Shown one piece after another: positions 51,971 through 64,000 of a stretch of 64,000 nt of DNA. The DNA is taken from assembly GCF_009834535.1 (NCBI RefSeq), contig NC_045697.1:42658001-42722000 (forward strand), written 5' to 3'. Below the pieces are notes generated by a model. That model saw only the letters and a list, made by a program, of their open reading frames with translations. It made no database searches and had not been told where the DNA came from. The DNA comes from Camelus ferus (taxonomy: Eukaryota). Position 1 is the first letter of the stretch. Each line of letters opens with the position of its first letter. Made by a program: the position numbers and the translations under genes.

Positions 51971-53329
51971 ATTTCCTTGTGGTTTCAGCTGCTATTAATT
52001 ACAACAGGGTGTATGAGAGTAAATATATCAAAGAAAAACAGATTTATGCCCCAAAATAGCTGATTTAAACGTAGGGTCTTGGGGAAATTTTTAAATTTGG
52101 CACGGATTACATCAAATGGTCAGAATATCATTATTTCATTGAAAACAAAGGTGAGGTGAAGTTTTACTTGAAAATTAATGTGATTGAAACTAATAGCCAA
52201 GAGTGGCGTATCCAGATTGTTCATGTATAATTCACATCTTTGGTATTGCCTGAGCCATTCTCAGTTTACACGCTCGCAGGTTTTAAAATTAGAATTGCAG
52301 AATAACTTTTAAGTAAATCCCTATTCTTCATCCTGTTAGGGTACTATTTTCTAGAAAAACAGAACCAAATCAACATTTATAAAAAGGAGAAAAATTTCCT
52401 CAGGACTCCACTCTCTTGATATTATCCAGCAGTTACAGGAAGTAGATTTGACTTTTTGGCTACAGTTTCTTGGAACACAGTTTGCTGACCTATGTTTCTG
52501 AATATTTATTTAACAACATATCAGAATTCCATTGTTTCATTTTAAAATATTTGTGCCAGATATTGTTCTGTTTTCATACTTTTTTCATGCCCTGTATCTT
52601 ACTGTATTAAAGAGTTTAATATATAAGCTATTACTGTACTACCTCATAAAAGTTGTTAACAGAAAATTCAGAGAATATTCATATCTAATACATTTGAATG
52701 ATTTTTCTTTTTAATAGAATTTTTATTTAATTGTCCATCAGGCAGCTCAAACCTTCTGAAATTATAGCTCCAGGTCCAAAGGGGAAAGTAAATGAGACTC
52801 CCTCCTAAGCCCCAGCACAAGTCCTGAAACTGAGTCTCATTACCTCTGATTGGGCTGGGAGCTCACTCTTGAGCAGCTGAAGATCCCAAGTTTAGGACGT
52901 TGAGTTGGAGAGAGTGGCAGTTCCTCAAAGGAATAGAGTAGATGCTGAACCGGGAAAACCATGAAACATGTACAAAACATTTGAATGTGGTACACATCAG
53001 TGTTTCATTATGTTCACTTATATTATTATATATATATTATTATATATTATATATATTATTCACCTTTGGAGAATGCTACTGTCTTCCTGGGGATACCACT
53101 TTCAAAGAGACAAATGCAGAGAGATGCAGAAAGACATACCCCTAATATTCCAGAAATACTCAATCCATTACAATAATCTATGTTGCAGGAATGTTCTAGC
53201 CAGACTACTTATGAACCCAACCAAATAATGTAATTTTAAATAAGTAGATTAGAGAAAGGTCCTATGTCTTTGTCATGCTCACCTTCATAACAAATCATCT
53301 TTCCCCTTGAAATCACACACTTTAAAAAC

Positions 53330-54450
53330 TACTATTTTGCATATAAGAGCAAAAGCTATAAAACTCTTAAAAGAAAACGTAGAGGTAAATCTTCATGACC
53401 TTCAAGAGTACAAGAAAAAGGAACAAAAAAAAAAGATAAATTGGACTTTATCAGAATTTAAAACTTCTGCATCCAAGAGTGTTATAAAGAAACTGAAAAG
53501 AAAACCTACAAATCAAAGAAAGTATTTGCCAATGATATATCTTATGAGGATCTAGTATTCAGAATATAAATAACTCTACAACTCGACAGCAGTAAGATAA
53601 GCAACCCAATTAAAGGGGAAAAGGACCTTAACAGACATTTCTCCAAAGAGGCCAATAAATGGCCAATAAGCATATGAAAAGATGCTTAACATCATTAGTC
53701 CTTAGGGAAATGCAAATCAAAACCACAGTGAGGTGCCACTTCACATCCACTAGAATGGCTATAATGAAAAAACACCCCACACAAATGGAAAATGACAAGG
53801 GCTGGTAAGGATGTGGAGAGAGTAGAACCTTCACGTGTTGCTGGTCGGAATGCAAAGTGGTTCAGCACTATGAGAAGCAGTTTGGTGGTTCCTCAAAAAG
53901 TGAAACATTGAATTGCCATGTGACCAATTAATTCTACTCCAGTAATTGTCCAAAAGAACTAAAAATAGGAACTAAACAAAGACTTGTACACATTCTTAGC
54001 AGCAGCATTCACGATAGCCAGGTGGTAGAAACAGCCCACATATCTATCAGTGGATAAACAAATTGTGGAATATACATATAATGGAATATTATTCAGCCAC
54101 AAAAAGATATGAAGCAGTGATAAACACAACAGTGTGAACGAATGTCAAAAACACTACAGTAAGTGAAAGAAGCCAGACATAAAAGGTGACATAATACATG
54201 GTTCCATTTGCATGGTCTGTCCAGAATGGGTCAGTCCTTAGAGACAGAACTTACATTGGTGGTTACCAGGGATCACTGGTTTCAGGGGGTTGAAAGAATG
54301 GGGAGCAGCTGCTTAATTGGCTTCAGATTTCTTTTGGTTGTAATGAAAAAATCTTAGGACTGGATGGACAATATTGTGCACTGAAATGCCATGGAATTTG
54401 TTCACTTTAAAATGGTTAATTTTATGTTGCATGAATTTTACCTCAGTATG
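53330..54450 (+). mobile_element. L1MB-type LINE 3' fragment (degenerate ORF2 end plus 3' UTR), sense to the gene
   Basis: ORF 53307-53555 (IKLLKENVEVNLHDL...KINWTLS) is L1 ORF2-like; GGGAAATGCAAATCAAAACCACAGTGAGG and CACTTTAAAATGGTTAATTTTATGTT are L1MB hallmarks. Confidence 0.85.
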
Positions 54451-55551
54451 AAGAAAACCAAACAAAACACTGTCTCTCCACCTAGAAAAGATAGTAAATG
54501 ATATAGAAGAAAGAGCACTTAGGTTTTTTCCCCTGACTCTGGAACGAGTAACATTCACCAATGGTCTTCTTTTTACACCCTTGGATATAGACGGAGGAGT
54601 ACTAACTACACAGCAGCAGAACCAGACCAGGAGTTTTCTACAGACTGTTCCCTTTAATTGACATTTTTAAATTGCAGATAGCGCTGATGAAATAAAATTA
54701 CATCACACAGTATTTAGGGATTATGAGCTAATTTTTGAAAAGTAGATTGTATCTCAGGTACCCTGGGGATTATTACTTGCTTCTTACTATCAAAAAATTG
54801 GGCCCAGAGGGCATTTCAAGGTGGGTAGAGTAAGGATGTGAAAGAAGGGGGAAGAGCTGTAATAACTTGATTGTTTCATTTTTTTAATTATATGGTAATT
54901 TTTCCAACCAAGTCAAGACATTCCTTTAAACAGTAAAGTAATTTTTTTTTATCTCTCACTTAATATCACATTGTAAATAAGCCATCAGATTACAATGATG
55001 AAAACAAGATTGCTTCTCGGGAAGTGTTTTTATTGGCCCCTACTTGGAACTGCCTTTGTGTTCTAAAATTTGAACAATTATACTTCTCTATGAAAATTTC
55101 AAATACAGCTATTTATCTAACCAACCACTGTTAAGCTAGTGAGTCAACATTATTACTTATAAAGTCATATTTTACAATGATCATCTGATTTGTACCTAGG
55201 AAAACTCTGTAAGCTGAAGTTTTTTATGTTATTTCAAAAAAAGAAGAAAAAATCCATTTCCTTAGATGCTAGTCCCATTTAATGTGTTTTGTTGTCAATA
55301 GATTTCATAGTAAATGATTTATTTAATATTTTAGAGATTATCTGGCTATGGCTTAAAATAGCAGTTTTATGTGCAATAAATATAACTTGTTTATGAATTA
55401 TATCAACTTGAGGTTTTTGTTTATGCCAGGTAGCCCCCTAGTCTTTCCAAATGTTTTTTCTGTTAAATGATTCAACAGCAAAAAGTTATAGTTCCAGACT
55501 GTGTTTTTAATGAGCATCCTTGCAGCGACTTACGTGTGGGTTCTGCAGAGC

Positions 55552-55561
55552 TCTCGCGAGA
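55552..55561. promoter_or_regulatory. Perfect TCTCGCGAGA palindrome (CGCG element, BANP/ZBTB33-associated motif)
   Basis: Exact 10-mer in a locally CpG-enriched intronic patch; motif evidence only. Confidence 0.4.
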
Positions 55562-56271
55562 ACTTAGGGATCGTAAACAAGGAAACTGCATGTACTGCGG
55601 ATGTTTTCAGGAGATTGTGGCACTTTACTTTACTCTTAAGCCAAGACTGCGTTCAGACTGAAAATGGCTGAGGATTTGGGTATTTTGCCTCTTCCGTGCG
55701 AATGGCAGACTTCTGTCCAAACAGCCGGACGAGAGATTCATTGTTGGTTAACTGCTCACCAAGCGTTAAGCATTCTGGAACAGCCTAAGTGAACATTTTA
55801 GAGAAATTGTTGATGATTTCCATATGAAATCTTAAGTCTTAAGAGGACTGAATTGATTTGAGCAGTTTTTACAAACTCAAAACAGTAGCCCCATAAAATG
55901 TTTCATGAAGAAGTCCTGTGGCCAATTAAATGTCAGAAATGTTGTATCGTATCCCTCCTGGAGAAGAGCAGTGCCTCTGAGGAGTCTTGCAGGAAAGAAA
56001 CCTGTCTAACCGCACATAACTTAGCATTTCTTGGAGTCATTTGACTGTGAGGGCCCCTCAGTTTTGCTGACATTTAGTAAATCTCCCCAAGGGAGCGCTC
56101 CAAGGAGCGGGCTTAGGGAAACATCGGAGTAGGTGATCTCTGAGGGTGCTTTCTGCTGGTAAAATTGTGTAGTCCTAGTAATGAATCGAACCCACTGTTT
56201 CTGTTACTTTAGTGTGAAGTTACGATTTGTCTCATTCTTTCATTTTCTTTTTAATGTATCCAATTACACAG

Positions 56272-56363
56272 GCTGTAAACAAAATGGCACCAAGCTTGGA
56301 GATGTCATCCTTCCTCCCTGGGCGAAAGGGGACCCGCGAGAATTCATCAGAGTGCACCGTGAG
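56272..56363 (+). CDS. WDFY3: WDFY3 exon 28 (BEACH): GCKQNGTKLGDVILPPWAKGDPREFIRVHRE
   Basis: cag|GCTGTA, GAG|gtaatg, 92 nt. Confidence 0.96.
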
Positions 56364-56586
56364 GTAATGCACGTGCACTTAGCAGTTGGACTGAGACGTC
56401 ACTGGGTCACTGACCACTGTGCAAAGAGAGGACCTTGAGCCATGTAACACCTGTGTGTCTAAGTTACTAATGTTCTGTTTATATGATTTTTAGTTAGTTT
56501 AGTTCCTGTTGACTGCTGGTCAATTCTTTTACTTTCTAAAGAAGTGACAAAAGTCAGCCAGTGACTGAACCTGTGTTTTGAAATGA

Positions 56587-56874
<288 letters not shown>

Positions 56875-59157
56875 TGACCAATAATAATTAAGTCTAGACT
56901 AACTTTCTAATTAAGAACCATAAATATCACTCAGTAGTTTCAGTAGGTTCCCAGGTTATTACTTTCTCCTCCCTTTTACAGTCCAGATAAATAGAAATTT
57001 TGTTGGTCAAAGAGGATTTTCCCTCGCGGACTAGTGCAGGGCATGCTTTCCAATACCTGCACAAGACATGGCCGGAGGACAGGAAGAGCTCGGTCAGGGA
57101 AGCACACGGAGCCATGGGGGCCAGCAGTGCACACCAAGATGGTTTTCCTGCCAAGGCCAGTAGGAAACCAATGCTGACTTTAAGCGTTGTCATACAGAGT
57201 CATAGTTAGACATTAAAGATCATTCTGGCCACAGTGTCACACATGCATGTCCTATAGGAGAGCTGCCAACTGAGGAGCAGGAAGCTGTCATAGTGGTTCA
57301 GGGAACAGATAGTGGTGGTTTGGATTAGATTATGGGTGCAGGTCTGATCAGTGCTTTGGTGTGAGAGTGCATTCCATTGGAACGCCTAGGACCGGCCCTG
57401 CACTGGCTGCTCCAGCCACCATCTGGAACCTGGAGAGGAGGACCCAGAGCTCAGCCTCTCAGCACCCAGGTGCTGTAGATCTCTCACCTGCAGCAATGAG
57501 CAAACCTCTGTTAAGGAACCTCATCCCTTCCTTCATGCCCACTGTCCAGGGCCCACCAGTAGGGTGGGCTGCACCAGAAGAAACTGCAGGACACTGCAGA
57601 AGGCATGCCGTTCCAGCCATTCAGACCACCATCTTTCTCCCAAGTGCCCTGCTTCTGCATTTTGGCCCCAACTATCCTTCTCTGTTACTGTATCAGACAT
57701 CTCCCCTGGACTCCCTTTTTGTAGGTTAGCCAACTTTGAGGTTCCAGAGTTGACAGTTGGGAACACAGAACAATGGCAAGTCCTTGTGGAAAAGCGGGAC
57801 AGCCCGAAACTGCACCGCTCACAGTGCATTCTGACTCCCAGTGCAGGAACCATGTTCACTTTTAAAGTGAAATGCTTGTTGACAAACTCCAATCATAGCT
57901 GATAGCTGAAGAACCTTGGTTAAACCTTTCGCTTTCTTGAGGGTTACAAGTGCAGGAACCATGTTTCATACCCTCGTGGAAACGAATCTTCTGACCACAA
58001 CACATGCACCGCGGCAGGATTTTTGCTCCACTTTTGAGTTTAAGAGGCAGACAGTCTAGGAGACAGAGTTTGGATATAATGTATTTCTAGGACATTCCAG
58101 GGACTAACAGAGAGTACGTCCAAGTATAACCATCCTAGAATCATCTAAGCTCTGTGGTCACCATACTGATACATCTTTATAAACACTAGCCTGCCCTGCC
58201 CTTGGGTCTTCATATAAAGTTCTTCAGTAAATGTTCATGAACATGCTTTAAAGTATGTGGATCTTTTTATATAACTTCAGAATCTTGTCTCATTATTAAC
58301 ATTTATAGGAAATAACAGAATCCTGACACTATGCCCTGTACGTAGATAAAATGAGAATTGTATGTTTAAAGGTTTCAGGGCCTAAAATGTATATCTTCCT
58401 CTATACAAGGCATTTTTTCTATTTTTTCCTTCTGGGAATCCAGAAGGTCAAATTCACAAAGTGTGGTGGTGGTGTAGTCATCTTAAATCTCATTTTGTAT
58501 AAGGTTTTCCAGCTATCTTCCTCAAACACCAGTTTTCCAACAGAAATGACTGCCTATTTTGAAGATCAACAATATTTGAAAAATCATCTTAAACACATTG
58601 AAACACTGAACGGAAATGCCAAAGATACTCTTTTTCTTTTTCCCTCTACAACATCACTAAGTATAAAGAAGGCAACAATGTTCACACTATGTGTAGCGCC
58701 TAAAAGATACAGAAATGATGTCACATAGAGAAGGGCCCCATTAGAGCCAGAAGTAACCCAGTTAGAGGGAATGGCCCCTGCCCCCGGGAGCACAGAGTGG
58801 TATCAGGCTATAAAGAATTGGTTAATTTTAAACATCCCTAGAAAATAGTTGTCAATCAATTGCAGTTTGAGTAGATTAATTAACTTTTGAAAAATTATCA
58901 TGAAATCAGTGTAGCACAGAGCATGGTGGTAACCCAAGCTTTAGTATCATAGTCCTGTCCCCGCTTACCAAGGTGTGAGATTGTGGCAACCTTCTGAGCC
59001 TCTTGAAATTTCTCTTCCTCAGATGTTAACTGTGGTAATATAATACCTAATGGTTGTTGTGAAGCTTAAGTGAAATAACAGCATAATACCTGCCATACAA
59101 AAGGGCCTACTAAATGTTAGCCTTTGTTATAAAATATGTCACCTCCTCTCACCCCAG

Positions 59158-59305
59158 TTATTTAAGAAACCTCATCCACCAAAGCGAGTGAGGAGCCGAC
59201 TCAACGGAGACAGTGCAGGACTCTCAGTCCCACCAGGATCCACCAGTGACAAGATCTTTTTTCATCATCTAGACAACCTGAGACCTTCTCTAACCCCTGT
59301 AAAAG
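59158..59305 (+). CDS. WDFY3: WDFY3 exon 30 (BEACH end and linker): LFKKPHPPKRVRSRL...SLTPVK
   Basis: cag|TTATTT, AAG|gtaaaa, 148 nt. Confidence 0.96.
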
Positions 59306-60367
59306 GTAAAATCGCAGGAAATAAGCTTTTTTTCTTTTAAATAAGCGTTTAATTCATGATTCTGTGGGGTTATTTAATAATCCTAGTTTAGCAATAGCAA
59401 ATTTGCTCTTCAGCAACAGTGTGATTTGTACTAAGTGCTAAATCACCAAATACTTGCTGAATTTTCTCCTTTCCCTTTTCTGTCTTCTTTTTTTCGCCTG
59501 TTGGATTTTGCATCTAAAAAACCTAAACAGGTCTCTCCTCTCTGCTAAGATAGTGAAGACTCTAATAGACCAAATCTTGCAGCTCAACTTTATATTCCAC
59601 ATGTGGAAAAACTTCTGTCATCTTCATTTACACACGTTCTACTAACTTAGGAATAGTAGTAAGAAGACAGCATTTTTAATATGCCAACTAAAAGCCTCTA
59701 TCTTTCAACTAATGTATGTTATCTAAAATTACTTTTCCAAATAGATTTTTTTTCCTTAGAATGAAAAAATGCTTTGTAATGCCTTGAAGTTGTCACTTAA
59801 ATCCAAAAATTGGAGCAACAAAGTCTGGTGAATTGGATTGGCTACCAGCTCTTTGTCATTTGCCTCACTACAAAGACTCTGCCCTGTGCAAGCTCCAGCC
59901 ACTGCCTGGGGAGGGTTTTGGAGCACTGGTGTGCTCAGCTGAGGTTGGGGCAGAGTGCGGCTTCTCGGGGAGCATCGTGGCCTCTCTGTGGGACGTCTAG
60001 GCCTGGGAGGTGCTGAAGACCTGGATTGGTTGCAAGTCTGTGCAGCATTCTGGGGAGCATCCCAGATCACTCTGCACAGCTCCAGGGGTCAAGAAGGCAG
60101 GACTGGGTACTAGGGGCCCAACCCAAGCAAGTGTCCAGAGACAGGAAGGCTGGAGGGAAGCCCAGCGAATCACTGGTCAGAATGGACATCTGCCCAGCAG
60201 GTCTGAGGAGAACTCAAAAGCTAAGCCCACAATCTAAGGTCATTTTGTCTTAATGTAGGTGTCAGGGTGCTTGATTTGTATATTTGGGATCCCTTTACCA
60301 TCCCCTATGGGATGATGAAGTTAGTTTTCCCTGTCCCTGTTCTAATGTGTTGATTTGTCTTTTATAG

Positions 60368-60522
60368 AACTCAAAGAGCCTGTGGGACAAATAGTGTGTA
60401 CAGATAAAGGCATCCTTGCAGTAGAACAGAATAAGGTCCTTATCCCACCAACCTGGAACAAAACTTTCGCTTGGGGCTACGCAGACCTCAGCTGCAGGCT
60501 GGGAACCTATGAGTCAGACAAG
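60368..60522 (+). CDS. WDFY3: WDFY3 exon 31: ELKEPVGQIVCTDKG...TYESDK
   Basis: tag|AACTCA, AAG|gtttgc, 155 nt. Confidence 0.95.
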
Positions 60523-61454
60523 GTTTGCATTCTTTCTTGCTCACTCATTTAATCTTGCCCCTCCTTGGTCTGGATTTCCTGCTTAATGGGGATGGGGAGA
60601 GCTTAAGCAAAGGGCTTCTCAGCTGTTCCTCCACAGCCCAGAGGGAGGGAGAGCTTCACTGCGTCGCGTCAGGATAAGGTAGTGGACAAGTCATGTTTCC
60701 TGCAGAAAAGCCTCTCTTGAAAAGTTGTGTGTGAGGGGCTAGCAGTTTCCCTCCTGTTCAGAGAAGCCCTCCAAGAGGTCCTAACCAGCCAGGTAGTCAG
60801 CATTTCTGCCAACGGGAGGAGCCTCCGTTTGAGTCATCATCTGGCCCACTTGCCATTTCAGTGCTCTCAAGTGGCTGTCAGCAAACCTGTCACCCCTTCC
60901 CCCAAGAAGCAGCAGCTACCGTTCTGAGCCCCATCAGTATCTCTTGCAGAGGCAGTATGTAGTGATCCTCTGGTGCCCAGGGCTTGCCCTCTGACGTCCC
61001 CTCCTGAGCACACCAGGGGCCTGGTCTGTGCGAGTGTGTAACACACTTCTATTCAGTCACGTTCTCACTGATCAGCTGCCCTCGTGCTTTCCTGTCACAT
61101 TCTGACTGGCTACGACAAACACACCCTGTTACCAGATTACCCCCTGCATCTGACATAGCATCACACACTCTGAACATCATTTTCCAGGACCAGAGAAACT
61201 GGAGACCCCCATTATGAGCAAAATCCTTTTTTTTATATTTTTAACAGCAACTGTAGTTAGGAGGCTGTAGGGAATAAATAGTTCAGAGTAGAGCTTCGGT
61301 GGGCCTGTAGCTAAGTTGAAGCCAGCCCAGCACATACATGTGCCTGTGAGGGACCTACATAGAGGTTCTCCTCCACTCAGTATGCTCGCTGTGTTTCAGA
61401 AGCTTGTAGTGCTTGGTGATGGCATGTGTGTCTCACATCTGTTCTGTCTTACAG

Positions 61455-61613
61455 GCAGTGACTGTTTATGAATGTTTGTCTGAGTGGGGCCAGATTCTCT
61501 GTGCAATCTGCCCCAACCCCAAGCTGGTCATCACGGGCGGAACAAGCACAGTTGTGTGTGTGTGGGAGATGGGCACCTCGAAGGAAAAGGCTAAGACGCT
61601 CACTCTCAAACAG
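61455..61613 (+). CDS. WDFY3: WDFY3 exon 32 (WD40): AVTVYECLSEWG...VCVWEM...TLKQ
   Basis: cag|GCAGTG, CAG|gtaaca, 159 nt. Confidence 0.95.
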
Positions 61614-62294
61614 GTAACAGAACGTGCAGAAGATGGACATAACATACGCACCTCAGTTGCCCGCATTCCAGAGAAACCAGGAAACGCCCATAATTCCAAG
61701 GTGTTTCAGACATAATAGACAAAACCAAATAAATGTATGTTCTTTTGCTGGAAATGGGTCTAAAATAAAGGAATGATATCAGAAGATACTATTTCTGAAA
61801 ATGATCTAAACTGGTCCTTTTTTTAAATCTGAAGCAAGCTGTCTTTAGGTCATATTTTTTATAATAGCTCTAAGTAATCTAAACATTTTTCAGAAGTTAT
61901 ATGTAGGTTAAGTTTTTGCAAACCAAATTATGTTTGGTTTTGGTTCATACCCATTTCCTTTCTGAGTTACTTTCATTCATCTAGAGCATTAAATCAAAAG
62001 TTCTTTAGTTTTTCTGTTTCCTTTATCGTATTCTTAAGAACATGACAAACTCATGAATGTATTCAGTAGAACCACTGGTGATTTTATTAACAAGTATTTC
62101 TGATCACTTGTTATCTGCTATTACAAATTTTTAATCAAAGTAAGAATCTTTTTATAATTAAGCCATCATCTTTTAATATTTGATTTGTAAGTGGATTTAC
62201 CATAGAGGTTTAATGGAGTATACATCTAGTTTTTTTTTATGATGTACATTTGAAAAGTAGTGTAACAATAATATCTGCCGTTTATTATTTATCA

Positions 62295-62300
<6 letters not shown>

Positions 62301-62342
<42 letters not shown>
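62301..62342. repeat. (AT)21 microsatellite
   Basis: Perfect dinucleotide run read directly. Confidence 0.95.
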
Positions 62343-62348
<6 letters not shown>

Positions 62349-63607
62349 AAATTATTTCTTTATCATTATTACTTATTGAGCACCTGGCATGTTCAGGTCA
62401 CAGTGCTAGAGGGTTAAAAAATGTAAAACTCCAGTCCTGTTAATTCTACAGGGTACTCATCATCCCTGTTTACACCTGAAAAAATCATGGCTTAGAGGTT
62501 AAGACACATCCCCATGTCACAGTGATAAAGCCACGATATAAATTCAGTTCTGTGTTTAAAGCCCGGCTCAAGCAAACAGTGGTGTTTTAAATATCTGTGG
62601 GAAGAACTGAACGCCTCATACTTACACCAGTGTCCACCTGTGTAGTCTAGAAACTTCTTGGGTTGCTGGGTCTGAAAGGGAGCCCCGTAAGAGACAGTCT
62701 CGACATGAACAGACACGAGGTTGGCAGCGCAGTTTGCTGGTCCGGACAGTCTTTTCACCTTAGAAAGTGGGCTTTGAAGCTAGTGTGCCTACAGGTGCCC
62801 CTCGGTAGAAAGTACTCCTTACGTAAAAGAGCCTTCTGGGGTTTGCTAAATCTATAGTAAGGATGTCTGCATGACCAGAATTTTAGGCTGACAACCCATT
62901 AATTAAATAGTAAATACTCAGGAATTCCTAACAGTAATCTGAACCTTTTTCTTCAAAAATACTTGTTTTCCCACATTGCCATTTCCCTGGATCCTGTTTC
63001 TCTTCGTATTCCAGCAAAAGAGAAAAGTTCTCATGCTAGTTTGAAGCAGGGGTCCCTGTCAGACACATGTCCAGGTGTGTCCGATTCAGTAACGGACTCA
63101 TCACACACATCAGGCCCACATCTCCCTTCATCTTTCTTGGACCACGTACTGCAACAGTGCATTTCTCACACTTTGTACATTTTTTAAAAATCTGTCCAAT
63201 TGTTCCTCAGAATGGACTTAACAGGAATTGATGGCATAAAAAAATAGATTCCGGGTTTAAATCCTGTATTTTGGGGGCCCTGATTGATACATCTCCACAT
63301 AGAAATAGTCTGAAGAAACCCAAGCCGGGTTTCAGTTGCCGCTCCCCCTTCCTTCTAAGATCCTGGCCCGAGTCCAGGAAAGAGGTGGTAGAGAGTGAGA
63401 TTAGAGCCTCCCGGGTCTTCCAGGCTCCCCTCCTCCCCCCATGGAAGGAGGCGGGGACACAGGAGGAGGGTGAGGACTCTGCAGACATACTGCGCAGGGC
63501 CCTCGCTCCCAGCACGGGCGCTGCCCTTCCCTTAGGGTCCGCGTCTCCCAGAGCCCCTCCAGGACCGCTCCGCTGTGACCAGCCTGGTTTTTCTCTTCTC
63601 CTCCTAG

Positions 63608-63787
63608 GCCTTACTTGGCCACACGGACACTGTCACCTGTGCCACCGCATCACTAGCCTATCACATAATTGTCAGTGGGTCCCGTGACCGAACCTGCATC
63701 ATTTGGGACCTGAACAAACTGTCGTTCCTAACCCAGCTCCGAGGCCACCGGGCTCCCGTTTCTGCTCTTTGTATCAATGAATTAACA
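63608..63787 (+). CDS. WDFY3: WDFY3 exon 33 (WD40): ALLGHTDTVTC...SGSRDRTCIIWDL...LRGHRAPVSALCINELT
   Basis: tag|GCCTTA, ACA|gtaagt, 180 nt; canonical GH...SGS.D....WD repeat. Confidence 0.96.
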
Positions 63788-64000
63788 GTAAGTAGTAAAT
63801 TGCCTACTTGGTTTATGTGTCAGAAAAAAAGTAGCTCTGGCCAGTAGAAACAAAAAATGGCTCTATGTGTTTTCTAAGTTGATGGGCGCTCATTTTTAAA
63901 AGCCACTTGACTTATATGTTGTTTGCAAAAGGAAATGAATATTAAACTTTGTAACCCAGAGAGCAGTTTTGTCTTAGAATCCAATCATGGCAGCATACTT

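Noticed and set aside
53307..53855. ORFs resembling L1 ORF2
   Set aside because: Frame-disrupted fragments of an old L1; not an active element or a host gene.
57361..57902. Three overlapping 112-122 aa ORFs in an intron
   Set aside because: No recognisable protein similarity or splice structure; moderately GC-rich intron sequence.
62930..63190. Coding-looking stretch, considered as a possible transposase or pseudogene fragment
   Set aside because: No frame on either strand gave a recognisable protein; cannot be supported without a search.

Overview
The window is mammalian genomic DNA lying entirely inside one large + strand gene, WDFY3 (ALFY, autophagy-linked FYVE protein). I traced 33 consecutive coding exons from 725 to 63787. 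All introns are GT-AG and all phases are compatible, giving 4792 nt (about 1597 codons) of uninterrupted frame. They cover the central region, the BEACH-type PH domain, the BEACH domain and the first WD40 repeats. The start codon, FYVE domain and stop codon lie outside the window. Introns hold tRNA-Ala-derived SINEs resembling the camelid Vic-1 family (so a camelid source is likely; inference), plus MIR, L2, L1, solo LTRs and old DNA-transposon fossils. Repeat family names are from memory of consensus sequences, not from a search. I found no prokaryote-type system (no CRISPR, operon or intact transposase) and nothing that clearly amounts to a novel biological system. The most interesting signals are: (1) a 54-nt cassette exon followed by clustered QKI/RBFOX motifs, with a candidate poison exon upstream; (2) two TSD-bounded composite retroposons (a SINE dimer and a SINE+L1-3'UTR chimera); (3) an intragenic CpG-rich patch with GC boxes just upstream of the PH-BEACH exons; (4) a perfect TCTCGCGAGA palindrome in an intron; (5) in-frame alternative splice sites; (6) inverted SINE pairs around exons. 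Nearly all other ORF-track entries are spurious intronic ORFs.
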